From NCBI RefSeq assembly GCF_023055435.1, contig NW_025964334.1:24676001-24740000 (forward strand): 64,000 nucleotides of DNA, given 5' to 3'. Made by a program: the position numbers and the translations under genes. The DNA comes from Haliotis rufescens (taxonomy: Eukaryota). Below are positions 1 through 12,352 of the stretch, piece after piece (the stretch's first letter is position 1; each line of letters opens with the position of its first letter). The notes below the pieces were generated by a model. The model was given only the letters and a program-made list of their open reading frames with translations. It made no database searches and was not told the DNA's origin.

Positions 1-1237
1 CAAAACGTAGTCTGTGAAGGAAGCCGCCAGTTTGAAACTACTGCCCTAAAGCTCGCGAAACTTGCTTTCTGATTGGCTAATATCGACTTCATGTTTGTCA
101 TTTCATTGGTCGGTTTAAGTTCGCAAAATTCGTTCCGACGTGACCTACAATGGGATGACCTCAGATCATGGTGTAGTGGTAGCGGGCTCTGGGATCTGAT
201 ATTTATGAGATTGTTGCAAAGTTCTACCGATCCCCATTCGAGAGACCGGCTGGGGACCAACAACAGTCCTCATGTTATTACCCATAGAGTAATGTAGATG
301 TATATTTATTAAACAGTGAGTAAAACAGATGAATAATTACAATATCTTCTATAATTTTGCTATGCTTGATAATCGAACATTATTAAAATGGATATTCCGT
401 GTGCATGTATATCATTATCTGACTGAAATATTGCCTATATCTAGTTTGTTTAAAGAAGTATTCCAGCCATTTGACGTAAGTAATCGAATCTGGACCAGAC
501 AATCAAGTGATAGATACTTTGAGCAACGATCTACGCGTTCCGGGAACGCTGACTCGCAATCAACCAAGTCACCGCGCTTGACCACCCTGTTACGCGAGGT
601 ATGGTATTGGAGTTACTTCCCCTGATTGGTTACCGACAGCGCAAGGCGCAACCTCAAACGTTCTCGCGCCCTGTTTGTAACTTTGTATCCTGAAATAAAC
701 AGTTTTGAATATATCTCTTGTTTATCTACCCGCGGTTCCAGAACGTCCCATTCAGAGGCCTCCGTCAAACAAAATAAGATTAATAACTGTCAGCTGTCAA
801 CTAATTTCTCTTACGGCCGTCTATATAGAAAAAAATGATTTGACAATAACCCATCCCTATTTCGGCACGCCTAATGTCGAACCCTGTGGTATTCCGCATG
901 CCGACGAGCAGAACACATTGTCATAAAATGTGTATCTGGCACGCGGATGCCAATATTTAAAAAAAAATTCTTGCAAAGAGTGAAAATAAATAAAACAATA
1001 AAAAGCTTATGGACACGCATGTCGTGCATTATATGTGAAAATTCCGGTCTAATTTCCTTGTACCATCTGATTACACTGATATGACTCAAGAGTTATGAAA
1101 TTGCGTACAAAGACACATCAAGTGGTATGCCGGATGCCTTGGGGATGGGAGACGGGGGATGGGAGATGGGGGGGGGGGGGGGGGGGGGGGTAAGTAATGG
1201 CAGGTTACCGTAGTGATTTGTCATCCACACAAATATA

Positions 1238-1412
1238 CAGTAAACTACGGTTATAACGAACTCGAAGGGACCACTAATTTTAGTTCGTAATAACCGTGGT
1301 TCGTTATAGGCATACATACAGCATTTATACAACAAATGGTCGGGACTAAAAAATACGTTCGTTATATCGGTCAGTTCGTTACAAGCGTGTTCGTTATAAA
1401 CGTAGTTTACTA
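1238..1412. mobile_element. MITE, Tc1/mariner-pogo type
   Basis: TIRs CAGTAAACTACGGTTATAACGAAC and GTTCGTTATAAACGTAGTTTACTA, flanked by TA; internal GTTCGTTA repeats. Confidence 0.8.
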
Positions 1413-1764
1413 TAAATGCATGTGAAGTAAAACAACAATTTGCTCATTTGTAAAGATTGATGCTTCAAAATTGTGACGTTATTTTATGTCCGCTTAGTAT
1501 GATTATCCATCGTCGTGTTGAGAACCCTTGGCTTTCAATATACCCTGACGTTTTATGTTTCGGTTTATTGTGGGAGTCTCCCTGGGTGCCACACCTAAGT
1601 CACATGACTGATACTGATATTAGTAAAAGCAGTGTGTAACACAGTCAAGGGAGGTTTATCGTACAGAATGTCACATCAACTTACTGACGGCATTTCTTTG
1701 ATAGGCATTTAGAAGTTGGAGTACTAAGTAAGGATAAGAATTTATGGATGAACAATTTCTTTAT

Positions 1765-1823
1765 TACATTTAAGAGCGACGTTTCGGTGTAGGTTCTAAC
1801 ACCGTTATCAAGCAAGTGATGTA
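1765..1823 (-). ncRNA. Minimal type I hammerhead ribozyme motif (U3-A8 core variant), Penelope-like element type
   Basis: The minus strand reads TACAT-CACTT-GC-TTGATAA-C-GGTGT-TAGAACCT-ACACC-GAAA-CGTC-GC-TCTTAA-ATGTA: core, stem II, palindromic ACGT stem III, GUC triplet and an interrupted stem I. Confidence 0.6.
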
Positions 1824-1934
1824 CAGAGTGTGATTGGCAAGTATATATACAAGTAGGAGGCAATGTTTATACAGTAGAGTAGATATTGTTATACTGAAGT
1901 AGAGAAGCCTGTTATATACATACAAGGGTAGTGA

Positions 1935-2190
1935 TGACAATCATCGGTGAAGTCACATCCACAGGCCACACCCGTGACAACCAAAGCCACAGCATCAGGT
2001 TGAGGGAGTCACTGCCCTCACCACCAACCTCAAAGACTTCAAGATCAGGAAACTTCAAGATCAGGAAACTACAAGATCAGGAAACTACAAGATCAGGAAA
2101 CTACAAGAAGCCATCAACATCAAAAGACTCCAGAGTCAACCGTGACCAAGGCTATTACCCCGGCGTACCATCAACTCATCAAAGACCCCA
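1935..2190 (+). pseudogene. Degenerate Penelope-like element GIY-YIG endonuclease C-terminal remnant
   Basis: Frameshifted peptides IGEVTSTGH, KDFKIRKLQEAINIKRL and VNRDQGY match the RK.KEAI.I...LNRD.G pattern; a 16-bp internal repeat is present about 4 times. Confidence 0.65.
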
Positions 2191-2265
2191 ATCAGCCATA
2201 ATCCCGTTGTTTATATTAATGGCTTCATCCTTTGTTTTTTTCACTGACTTCACCGATGATTGTCA

Positions 2266-2266
<1 letters not shown>

Positions 2267-2349
<83 letters not shown>
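2267..2349. repeat. (CA)n microsatellite, in the 3' remnant of a SINE family C copy
   Basis: Perfect CA run, followed by the family C tail at ~2350-2420. Confidence 0.95.
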
Positions 2350-2351
<2 letters not shown>

Positions 2352-3700
2352 ACACACGTGCATATAAGTGCGAAAATCTTGAACGCGACGTTGAACCCTA
2401 TTTCACCTCACCGCACCTGTAAAGAGGATGGCCGATTTATAACGCCTTGATATAACTGGAATAATGTTAAAAGCGGCGTAAACCCAGCTCACTCACTCAC
2501 TAGTAGTGACAAGGGAGGAAAGCCTAAAGTGATGAATGCCATTTCAGTGAATCCAACGAGCAGGGATGAGATGATGACAGAAGGAGGACCGTAATCAGGG
2601 CAAATTGAGGATTCAAACTCACGGTTGAAGCTCTATACAGCGAATTGCATCACATTCGCCCACCGGGCCACCGGAGTAGGAAAAGTTAAGGGAAACTAAC
2701 TGACGCAGTTTAAGTATGTGACTTTTATTTGAAGTTTAATTAAAATGGTTCTTAGTTTGTCCTAAATCATAAATAATATAAGAGAACAATAAAGTGTATT
2801 TGTAGTTGGAACTCAGAGTGACATTTAGAGTGCCCTCGGGAAGTCCTCATGGTGATATGAGTAAAGGGTTAGTGTTGATTTCAACCGAGGGCTTTTCCCA
2901 CAGTTAATCGCTTTTTTGTAATTCATGGGTAGAGTTTTTATACAAACCTATTGAAAAAAATGCTGCTTACCTTTTTTCCCTCTGGACGTAAAGCTATTTC
3001 TATACTTAAATCAGTCAAATCACATCTCCGTAAGGTGTTCGTGATGACGCCATCAATAGCGAAGAGAATGGATGGCGTCACGTGATATCGACGCCATCTT
3101 GGGCGCAGGCTGGAGCTCACAATAAAAACGAACGATCGTTTCAGACAAAACATCACAAGTCGTATTCACATACCGTACAAAGGTATTATTAACTGAAATA
3201 ATTACAAGTCGTCGCAGGCGAGGTCGCACATCATGTTGAGATGTTTACAACGATGGAAAGAAACACGGAACAAGGATTGGTATTCGATTAACCCCAGTTG
3301 GGAGTTTTGCCCGGGGGTTGACAAGCTGATGAAACAGTCAAATTGTATGAAATAAACTCCAGGGCCTTGTTGACGCTTCACAATGTTGATGCACGATAAA
3401 ATGAACATATGGGACTCCGGCTTTGCAATTAGTCATCAACACGGGGATGGTTCTGTTGATTGAACCCTCGATTCATATCAGCACGTCACTTTTAGAAAAT
3501 CATACTTTCTAGAATTAATTACCTCGATATTCTCCAATTCAACTGCTCATCAAGTCAACATTGTTCATGTTTGTGTTGGCCACTGGATACATGCTTTGTC
3601 TTCTCGTATACTGTCACAAGTAACAATTTCATTAATATTTTTATCGTCAGTATTTTGGAGAGGTGAGGTGTAATCGGCTTTCAATAAATCTTCCAGAGGA

Positions 3701-3976
3701 GTGTGTGAGTGAGTGAGTTTGGTTTAACGCCGCTTTTAACAGTATTCCAGTTATATCACGGCGTGTCAGCTTAATGTGGGAGGAAAGCCCGAAGTGATGC
3801 AGGTCTCAGACGTTTACCACTTCAGTGAAACCCACGAGCATGGGTATGGTGCCTAGAAACATAATCGGGGCGAACCGGGATTCGAACCCACAATCATAGG
3901 TTTCTGGCGTGCCCAAGGGACGCAACTCTGCACAGCGAATCGCGGCGCTTTAGACGACTGGGCCACCCGTGCCCCC
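3701..3976 (-). mobile_element. SINE family B (tRNA-Leu-like head, ~280 bp, (CACT)n tail)
   Basis: A box TGGCCCAGTCG, B box GGTTCGAATCC; TSD CTTCCAGAGGA at 3690-3700 and 3977-3987. Confidence 0.9.
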
Positions 3977-4285
3977 CTTCCAGAGGAGGCACCAATGATA
4001 GGAAGACGTTATATGACTGAAACTAATTCAAACTCATCAATAATGGCTTTCACTCAATGTACCCATGTGTGGAATCGAACCGAGGCATTCGGCGTGACGA
4101 ACCAACGCGTTCACTGCTTGGCCTCCAACACATCTCAGAACTCTGGAGGATCCACAAGTGATTCCAAACGGCCGACCTTTCCCCAAATTTTCCCCTATTT
4201 GGTATCATTAATAATCAATCTATACCAATTACGGAATTGTTCATTTTGGTTCCAATAACCAAAGTGAAATCATCCTGAATGAAGA

Positions 4286-4450
4286 ATAAATAGAGGATCT
4301 CACCCGAGTGTCGTTTGATATCAAATATATCAACAAGAGTTGATAAAATGGAAAAATTCCGAGGCTTGTCGAGGATTTTTGCCACTTTTATCAACGAGTG
4401 TTGATATATTGGATGTCAAAAGACACGAGGGTGAGGTTTTATTTATTATC
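4286..4450. repeat. ~165-bp imperfect palindrome (foldback element)
   Basis: Arms ATAAATAGAGGATCTCACCCGAGTGTC...TATCAAC and GTTGATA...GACACGAGGGTGAGGTTTTATTTAT around the centre TCCGAGGCTTGTCGAGGA. Confidence 0.7.
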
Positions 4451-5913
4451 CAACATCATTCTTTTTCAATTTGTAGACAGTAATTAGCAGTGTCTTCAGT
4501 GTAAAAAGTACTGCTAACAGCTTCAGTAGCAGAGCCATTAGTGATGTCATTTGATTGTGACGTCATGGTAACCAGTGATGTCAAAATGGTCTGCAAAGCA
4601 TTGTGATGTAATTTCATTGCAGCGAGATCTACAGTGTAGATACCGCTTGATGTCATCCAAGCGATATCTCCCGTTTTGGATGATAAACCCAGATAATGTC
4701 CTCTGATGTCAATGCACTGGGACAGGGTGAATAATGAAATGACGTCACGAACACGACATTTCGATAATGACACGTGTGCAGGGTTTGCGCACTTAATATA
4801 ACACGTGCTAACTCTCTTTTCTACGCACCCCGATACTAGTGCAGTGGATAGTGTAATATGGTTAAGAAAAGTTTGAAATTTACAAATGTTTATATTTTTT
4901 TCTTAAGCCCACTGACCACCTCATTTAAAGAATCCGTGTTTCATTTTTTTCGACGCTATCATAGCAGCCGTCTGAGTTGTCAAAATGGACGCCAGCTGAA
5001 TATCGTTTTTTCTAAATTTTTCTATTTGACGATGACAATTATATTTAAAATTGTATTTTTTTAGCATTTTAGACATAAGCGTATTCTTTTGAAATACCTG
5101 TAAGGCTAAGTCCGAAAAAGAGTTATTGATAATCTGTTCAATGTAGGAGAGAGATTAACCCAAGTGGTATGAAATAATGTGTTCAGAAAAAGTATCTGTG
5201 TTACAGACTAAATTCCTGTGCATTTGAACTTTCATCGTCTCACACGTTAGTTGCCACGGTTACTTTAAAACTTAACTTCGTGTTTGTTTCACAGGTCAAT
5301 GGATGATTGAACAAAACAGAAACTAATTTGTCTTCATCAGTCTAAACACCCCTTAGGAACGTTAGACACTAAACCAACCCGGCGTTTCCAATCGGTTTGA
5401 GGAAAAAAGAAATCGCCGTGGTATCTGTTTCGACGTTAACCGCAATCTTCTTGACATTGATCAATTCTGATTCTCACTGGACGCAGATATCGGCGTGATC
5501 CATATCACTGCGCTTAGACAGCAGTTTCTGTATTATCAGTCGTTATGTTTATGATTGATGCAAGTTTGTCACATTCGTGAAAATGGCAAACTAGCCCCAT
5601 AAAATAATTATATCAACTACAGATTAGATCAAGAATCATAAACTAATAGCGTTTGCTGGAAACACATGAAAGTTATTATGAAGTTTTTCGTATTTCACGT
5701 GAAACTAATGGGATCTTAAACTCTCCTTGTTGACAATACAATGAAGGAATAGGTGTGGCAAGTCGTCGTACTGCAGAGTTGTGTCCCTTAGTCACGCCAG
5801 AATCCTATAATCGTACTTCCTACACAAGATATGCACGGATTTTGACGCTATGTTTGTAAGCGTGCTTATGGATTTCACCAAAGTGGTAAACGTCAAAGGC
5901 CTTATTCACTTTC

Positions 5914-6250
5914 GACCGCCTCCGTGGTCTAATGGTGGAGTGTCCACTCGGAGAGCGGAAGGTCCGGGATTCGATCCCCAGCCGCGTAATACCAAAAGAC
6001 GTTAAAAGATGGTACTTGTTGTTACTCTGTCTGGCGCTCGGTATTAAGGGGCTAAAACAAGGACTGGTCGGCTCGGAGTCAGTATACCGTGTCTGAGTGG
6101 GGTATTCATGTTAAACTGCGGCATGGTATCTCAGTGTGCTAGCACTATAAATCGGCATCAGTCCGGACTAGTACAAGCAGCCACACACACATACACGTCA
6201 TTGCACGTCGCTATATAAGTGCAATAATCTTAAACCCCATTTCACCTCAC
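5914..6250 (+). mobile_element. SINE family C (tRNA head, Meta-domain-like body, (CACCT)n tail), nested in an older family B copy
   Basis: A and B boxes; body GTAATACCAAAAGACGTTAAAAGATGGTAC; TSD CTTA(T/G)TCACTTTC; family B sequence on both sides. Confidence 0.88.
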
Positions 6251-8175
6251 CTTAGTCACTTTCCTCCCACATAATTTGTACAAGCCGTCGTATTACATAC
6301 CTGAAATAATGTTCAAAGCTGCGTTAACCACAATTTATGTTCTCACTCACTCATATTCAAAGTTGCTGATAAAAAAGCCAGGTCTATACACTTCAAACCC
6401 AGTTAGTGTACTGGCGGTGAAAATCGGCTTTAACGTACAGTATTTTTGGCTATTTTGTCCTTGGACCACATTTTTTAAACTTGGATTTTAAATCCCGCCG
6501 ATTCCCTTAAATTGAAATGTCAAACAAAATAAACATGAAAAGCAGTGGGATTATTTTTCTTTCGCCTAAGAGAATTAAGTAAACTGTTTAAAAAAAACTC
6601 ACATAATGTCGCTATCAACATAAAGATATTATTTAAAATGCTATATTATAATAACCTGTTGAAAATGTATCTTAACAACTTCAAAACACAACGAACTATG
6701 ACGAATCGCGAGCTAAACTTAACAAAAAATATTTCATATTTTCGACCTACCTACTTGAAATTTGGGGCCAAAAATCCGATACAACCCCCACCAACTCCAA
6801 TTGAAAATCATAACAATTGTCCTGTTCCTATTTGGTTTTTCTTATGCTCACTGGTGTTAAAGCGTTACGAATTTAGATAAACATACCAACCTTTCCAAAT
6901 ACCTGGTGTAAATTACAGAAAAATATAATATAAACATAATATTGTTTTTCTCGACATCATGACGTATCCACGACCAACGCAAATATTTTTGGTTGGCATT
7001 CACGATGAAAATTACTCAAACACATTATATTCTAAACATAACCCCTATTTTAATTCTATAAAGAAAATAGTAGTAGATATTGTGATGTCTCATAAAATGA
7101 CGCGACTGTCTATTTCTGTTTGTACAGCCAAGGGGAAACGTTCACGTTCCTGAAAACGTTTTGGAAATGTTTCAAGAAGCCCCAATGGACGAGTACATGA
7201 TTGGAAGATTTGATAACTGTTCCTAATCAGATTCCCCGTGATATTGGTCCTTTGATGGGGATACCTGAAACTTGCATTGCGGATATTATCATTTATTTAA
7301 TATTGTTATTAACGCCCATACATCTATTGCAAATACAATGCAAATACCGGTTCTAAGCAAACACAGATGTTGCAATAAGTCTTGACAGTTATGACCCTTT
7401 CCAGCGTATTTGATCTATAAATTTAAACTACACGTAAAACAGAAAACAAAAAAAGTTGGATAAAAAATAATGTATCACACTTCAACATTAACAATGATAA
7501 AAAAAGTATTTATTTATAATTTCATATACCTCCAGTCTGGTTTATAGGACATGTTCCTCCACGGGGATGCCGGGAAAAAGATGTGTTTCCAAGTAGCATC
7601 CACTGGGAGAAAACATCAGCTATGCTGGCGTGTTATTGCAGAAGCTCATAATATGAGAACGTATCATTATTTTCTTGAATGCATAAAGTACGACAACTAT
7701 CGATTTCAAATAAATCAGGACATGTCAAGAGTTGATGGTCGGCCTGAATTCAAACCACTTTAACCCTTTCTTTCCTAAAAGTACCAATGACACTCAATGC
7801 TGTACACAGACATTTATTCAATTTATCACTGTGATATATCGTAGAAGAATATTATCAATAATGCCTGTTGGTTCTGTTCTGTGTGAAACGTTATTTGCAG
7901 TTTATAGATATGACATTCTTTGTCAAACGCTTTTTGTTTCAGCATGTATTGGGAACTTCATGTGCCAATTGTTGTTATGCTCACGTTGGTATTTGTTTTA
8001 TGTTTTAAAGAAGTGAGCCCGGTATGGTAATTTTGTCAAATTATTCCTGACATCTATTTTATCAAGTTCTTGTATACAATTACCATTTTTTAATTCTGAA
8101 CATTAGGAATCACAGACATTCACAAGAATGGTAACTCAGAGATTGAGAGGAGACTGTGAATACGATTTATACACA

Positions 8176-8313
8176 GGTAAGGTAAGGTGAAGTGAGGTAA
8201 GGTGAGGTGAGGTAAGGTAAGGTAAGGTAAGGTAAGGTAAGGTAAGGTTAGGTAAGGTAAGGTAAGGTAAGGTAAGGTGAGGTGAGGTGAGATGAGGTGA
8301 GGTGAGGTGAGGT
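8176..8313. repeat. (GGTAA/GGTGA)n pentanucleotide microsatellite abutting a gap
   Basis: Direct reading. Confidence 0.95.
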
Positions 8314-8538
8314 NNNNNNNNNNNNNNNNNNNNNNNNNNNNNNNNNNNNNNNNNNNNNNNNNNNNNNNNNNNNNNNNNNNNNNNNNNNNNNNNNNNNNNN
8401 NNNNNNNNNNNNNNNNNNNNNNNNNNNNNNNNNNNNNNNNNNNNNNNNNNNNNNNNNNNNNNNNNNNNNNNNNNNNNNNNNNNNNNNNNNNNNNNNNNNN
8501 NNNNNNNNNNNNNNNNNNNNNNNNNNNNNNNNNNNNNN
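8314..8538. other. Assembly gap (others at 18109-18305, 34833-35133, 49264-49471)
   Basis: N runs. Confidence 1.
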
Positions 8539-9465
8539 TAGATGATCCTTTTTACCCGTTAGGGAATTCTTTTTACATCAGAGTGACACACATACATGAA
8601 CAAATAAATTGTGAATCCTAACAATAGAATGTTACGAAGACAAGGTGACAGACAAAACTAACTTAAGGAGCACACATAATACAAATGGAGAAATTCAAAA
8701 CTGATGATGTACAACAAAAAACGAAAAAATACAAAAAAACAACAACGAAAAAGCAGTTTCCTTTTTTTATAGGAAAATGATAACAGGAAAAAGACATCTT
8801 AGATCTATCGTGCATCAATGAACTGCTACCCAGGGTAAATGTATTGGCTTAATCCTGACAATAACCTAGGTACGGAGCTTGCAAAGTTTGCAGGTATCTT
8901 TGTGGGAATACCAGTCTCTCCTGCTTTAGAATATTGGAATATCTAAGGGAAATTGTTGTCTTGCCGGGACATTTTGCAACATGGATGTTCGGAAGCCAAA
9001 CATCGTCCCTGTAGCTCACCTGGTACAAGTATCCTTTAGGAGAAAGATCGTTGACAGGGGTCTTTAAAAATATTTACTGACAATAACATAATTATAAAAA
9101 GGGATATTAACCTGAGTCGTACAAGAGAAATGTTCGTAACCTTGTGGTTTTTAAACGAGTAGGTTTATAAAATGTATCTCCATTCTACTGTGACAATATA
9201 ATGTATTCTCCATTCTATCGTGACAAACACAATGTACGTTGGGCGTTTGTCCATACGTTAGTCATGGTGTTATGATGTTGTGAAGTGTAACCAATTTAGG
9301 GAAGAAAGCGGGTTTGGTTAGGGGCCCACGTTTAATATTCGGCGGGGGAACATTCAGCATTATCCAGCGACCAATTTATTTTGTATCAATTTTGTTGGTT
9401 CAAATAAATCCCCGCCACCCACACCTATCCACCCCGAATAGCAAGTGGTCGTTCCTTAAGCAAAA

Positions 9466-9687
9466 CATTCGTCTGCGATATTCCAGATATGACCGTACTG
9501 CGGTCTGTAAATAATCGATTCTGAACCAGACACTCCAGTGATTGACATCAGGAGCATCGATCTACGCTATTGGGATACGATGCCATGCATCAGCCAAGTC
9601 ACCGAGCCTGACCACCCGATCCCGTTAGTCGCCTCTTACGATACACATGGGTTGCTGAGACTTATTCTAAACCTGATCTTCACGGGT
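9466..9687 (-). mobile_element. Family D short retroelement (no tRNA head)
   Basis: Matches the 19958-20223 copy; single GTCGTAAGAGGCGAC hairpin. Confidence 0.8.
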
Positions 9688-9976
9688 CTGTTCGTCAAAC
9701 ACTCCCTAACGTATTACTAAGGTAATGAAAAGGTACGATGTCCTGTAGGTAGATGGCAAGATGGAGTAGCCTAGTATTAGAGCATCCGTTGTTTACACTG
9801 AATCCATTTCCAAAACGGGTGTAATATGCGTAGCTTATTATTACTGTCTTCCCTCGTATGTTGCTGGAATATTGCTGAAACGTGCGTTACCCTCTCCTCC
9901 ATCAAGATGATTATAATATGCGATTACGTGTATTGGAGGAATGTAGGTGTACAGCCTTACTCTTGACAGAAAACGA

Positions 9977-10232
9977 GTGAGTGAGTGAGTTGGGTTTAAC
10001 GCCGCTTTTAACAGTATTCCAGTTACATCAAGGCGTGTCAGCTTAATGTGGGAGGAAAGCCCGAAGTGATGCAGGTCTCAGACGTTTACCACTTCTGTGA
10101 TACCCACGAGCACGAGTATGGTGCTGACAAACCAAGGAACATAATCGGGCGAACCGGGATTCGAACCCACAATCATAGGTTTTCTGGCTTGCGAAACGCG
10201 GCGCCTTAGGCGACTGGGCCACCCGTGCCCCC
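9977..10232 (-). mobile_element. SINE family B, short-head variant
   Basis: TSD GACAGAAAACGA; lacks ~26 nt between the A and B boxes. Confidence 0.9.
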
Positions 10233-11653
10233 GACAGAAAACGAAAATATACAGGTGAAACAATGTACCGTGTTGTGGCCTGACCTATTTGTTTTAATCT
10301 TATTTTCCTTTGTTTGTTAGATTCAATTGTACAAGCCTTAGGAAAAGAGCTTCATGTGTAGGGTACAGCACGTCCGAGGTTTTTTTTAAATATTATAAAC
10401 CGTGGGGTGGCAGCCACGAGGTTTTATCCCAAGGATAACGGTTTTAAATATCATTAACACCAAAGAGGAAGTGTTTTATCTCATTTATAAACCGGAAAAT
10501 GAAACTTAAAACAACATATCTCAGCATTTTTCATCTTCTCGAGGCAAGAGCGTCCACTAGCCTTTTTATCAAAGTCCCATTCCCACCCGTGACACATCAA
10601 GCCAACTTTCCTGTGCTAAATATGATTGGACTATCGCACTTATCGATAGTCCAATCAGAGAACGTTTCACAAAATCAGCATCACCAACTGGTACACCTAC
10701 ATGTATGTATGAAAGTGATTTACCGCTATTGTTGACACGAATATGTCTTGTCTATGTTTTTTTTGTCAGGGATGAAATCGCGTTATCTCATCGACAAGGT
10801 CGTCGCTTATGGTAGTCGCCATCTTTGTGAAGCTATACGAGATACGCACATTACAAGGGACACAACTCGTGAGCAACGAAAAGTGGCCTTGGTGTGGCAA
10901 GGGTAGAAACTAGGCTTTGATATAGGCTGGTGGACACGCTTGTCTCGGGAAGTTGACATTTTTATGTTTCAAACAAACATTCCATGAACCTTAGGAAACG
11001 GGCGTAAAATATCTGTCGCTGGCATATGGTACTTGAAAAAGATATTCTTAAAAGCCTTGTGATTGATCAGTTCCTCCACGAAGGCTCAGTGTTCGATCCT
11101 CGGGAATATAAAGAAAACATTTGTCATTTGATTTTATATTTCATTACATTGTGTTACAATGCAAAATAAATTTCTAGCGAGAAATATTCATATGTTACAA
11201 ACTGACCGGAAGTTGTATGAATAAAAACACGGGAATATTATAACATCCTGTTAATGAGATTTCACCCGACTGAAGGACAATAGAATGACGTCACTGGAGG
11301 TTTAAGATTACTTGTGTGCACATGGATGTTCAATGCATGCAAATGTCTCATGGTCACATCGCGGCAAAGATGATGATTTTACGCCACTTGGTGGACTTTC
11401 TGTATTCAGTGAACCATTGTGCCAGCTTGAGGAGACGAAACAGGGTCTTTGGCGTGATAAGCGATCTCTTTGACTACAAGACTACCCCACCGCCCCTGCT
11501 GGCGTAAGGAAAGGACGTATACATGTTTCATATTAATTTTCCTAGTATTTAAACAGCCATGTTTAATATAATTGTTATGTTTCTTTAAACTAAAATGTCA
11601 ATACTGGTATTGAAATGCAGGAAAAAGAAAAGGACAAAGAAAGATGAATTTTT

Positions 11654-11659
11654 TTTATT
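11654..11659 (-). terminator. Candidate polyadenylation signal of gene A
   Basis: AATAAA on the minus strand ~100 nt after the stop codon. Confidence 0.4.
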
Positions 11660-11756
11660 TCAAGAACTTGTGACATGGAGGAAGGCATGGTTGCTGTGAC
11701 CATTAGAAGCGATATCTGGAGTTCTCACCCCTGAGCCACGCGTCATTTGTTAGTCA

Positions 11757-12014
11757 TTAGTTAAAGCAGGTTGTTACAGCGATGACAAAAAGTGCCACCA
11801 AGTACCCTGCTTTCAGACACACCCCGGAGCTCCCGAGCATGTTCATCAAGTTGAAGATGTTGTTGTCATCGCCGTCGCTGCCCTTAGTGGCGTTATCAGC
11901 TGTTTGCGCTGATGCAAAGACATCAACAGCAGCTGTAGCTTCGGTGGGTTCGACTTTGTCATCTTTTGCAGCATCTGGAACCGGACAAACATGCACGGTG
12001 AAACCATGCTAATC

Positions 12015-12074
<60 letters not shown>

Positions 12075-12300
12075 GGAGAGAGAGGAGAAGGAAAGAAGTG
12101 AGAAAGTGAGTGAGAGAGAAAAGGAGGGAAAGAGAAAGAGGAGAAAGTGTATGTGTGTGTGTGAGAGAGAGAGAGAAAGTGAGGAGAGAGAGTGAGAGAG
12201 AGAAAGAATGTGAGGAGGGAGAGGGAGAAGGAGAGAAGTGAGAAAGAAAGTGAGTGAGAGAGAGAGTGATGGAGGGAGGGAGGGAGAAAGAGAGGAGAAA

Positions 12301-12352
<52 letters not shown>

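Noticed and set aside
1167-1190. Long G homopolymers (also ~41502, ~50675, ~59124) as G-quadruplex elements
   Set aside because: Simple homopolymers of unreliable length with no positional pattern.
7128-7763. Exon-like segments with good acceptors at ~7128 and ~7548
   Set aside because: No coherent multi-exon frame or recognisable protein could be built.
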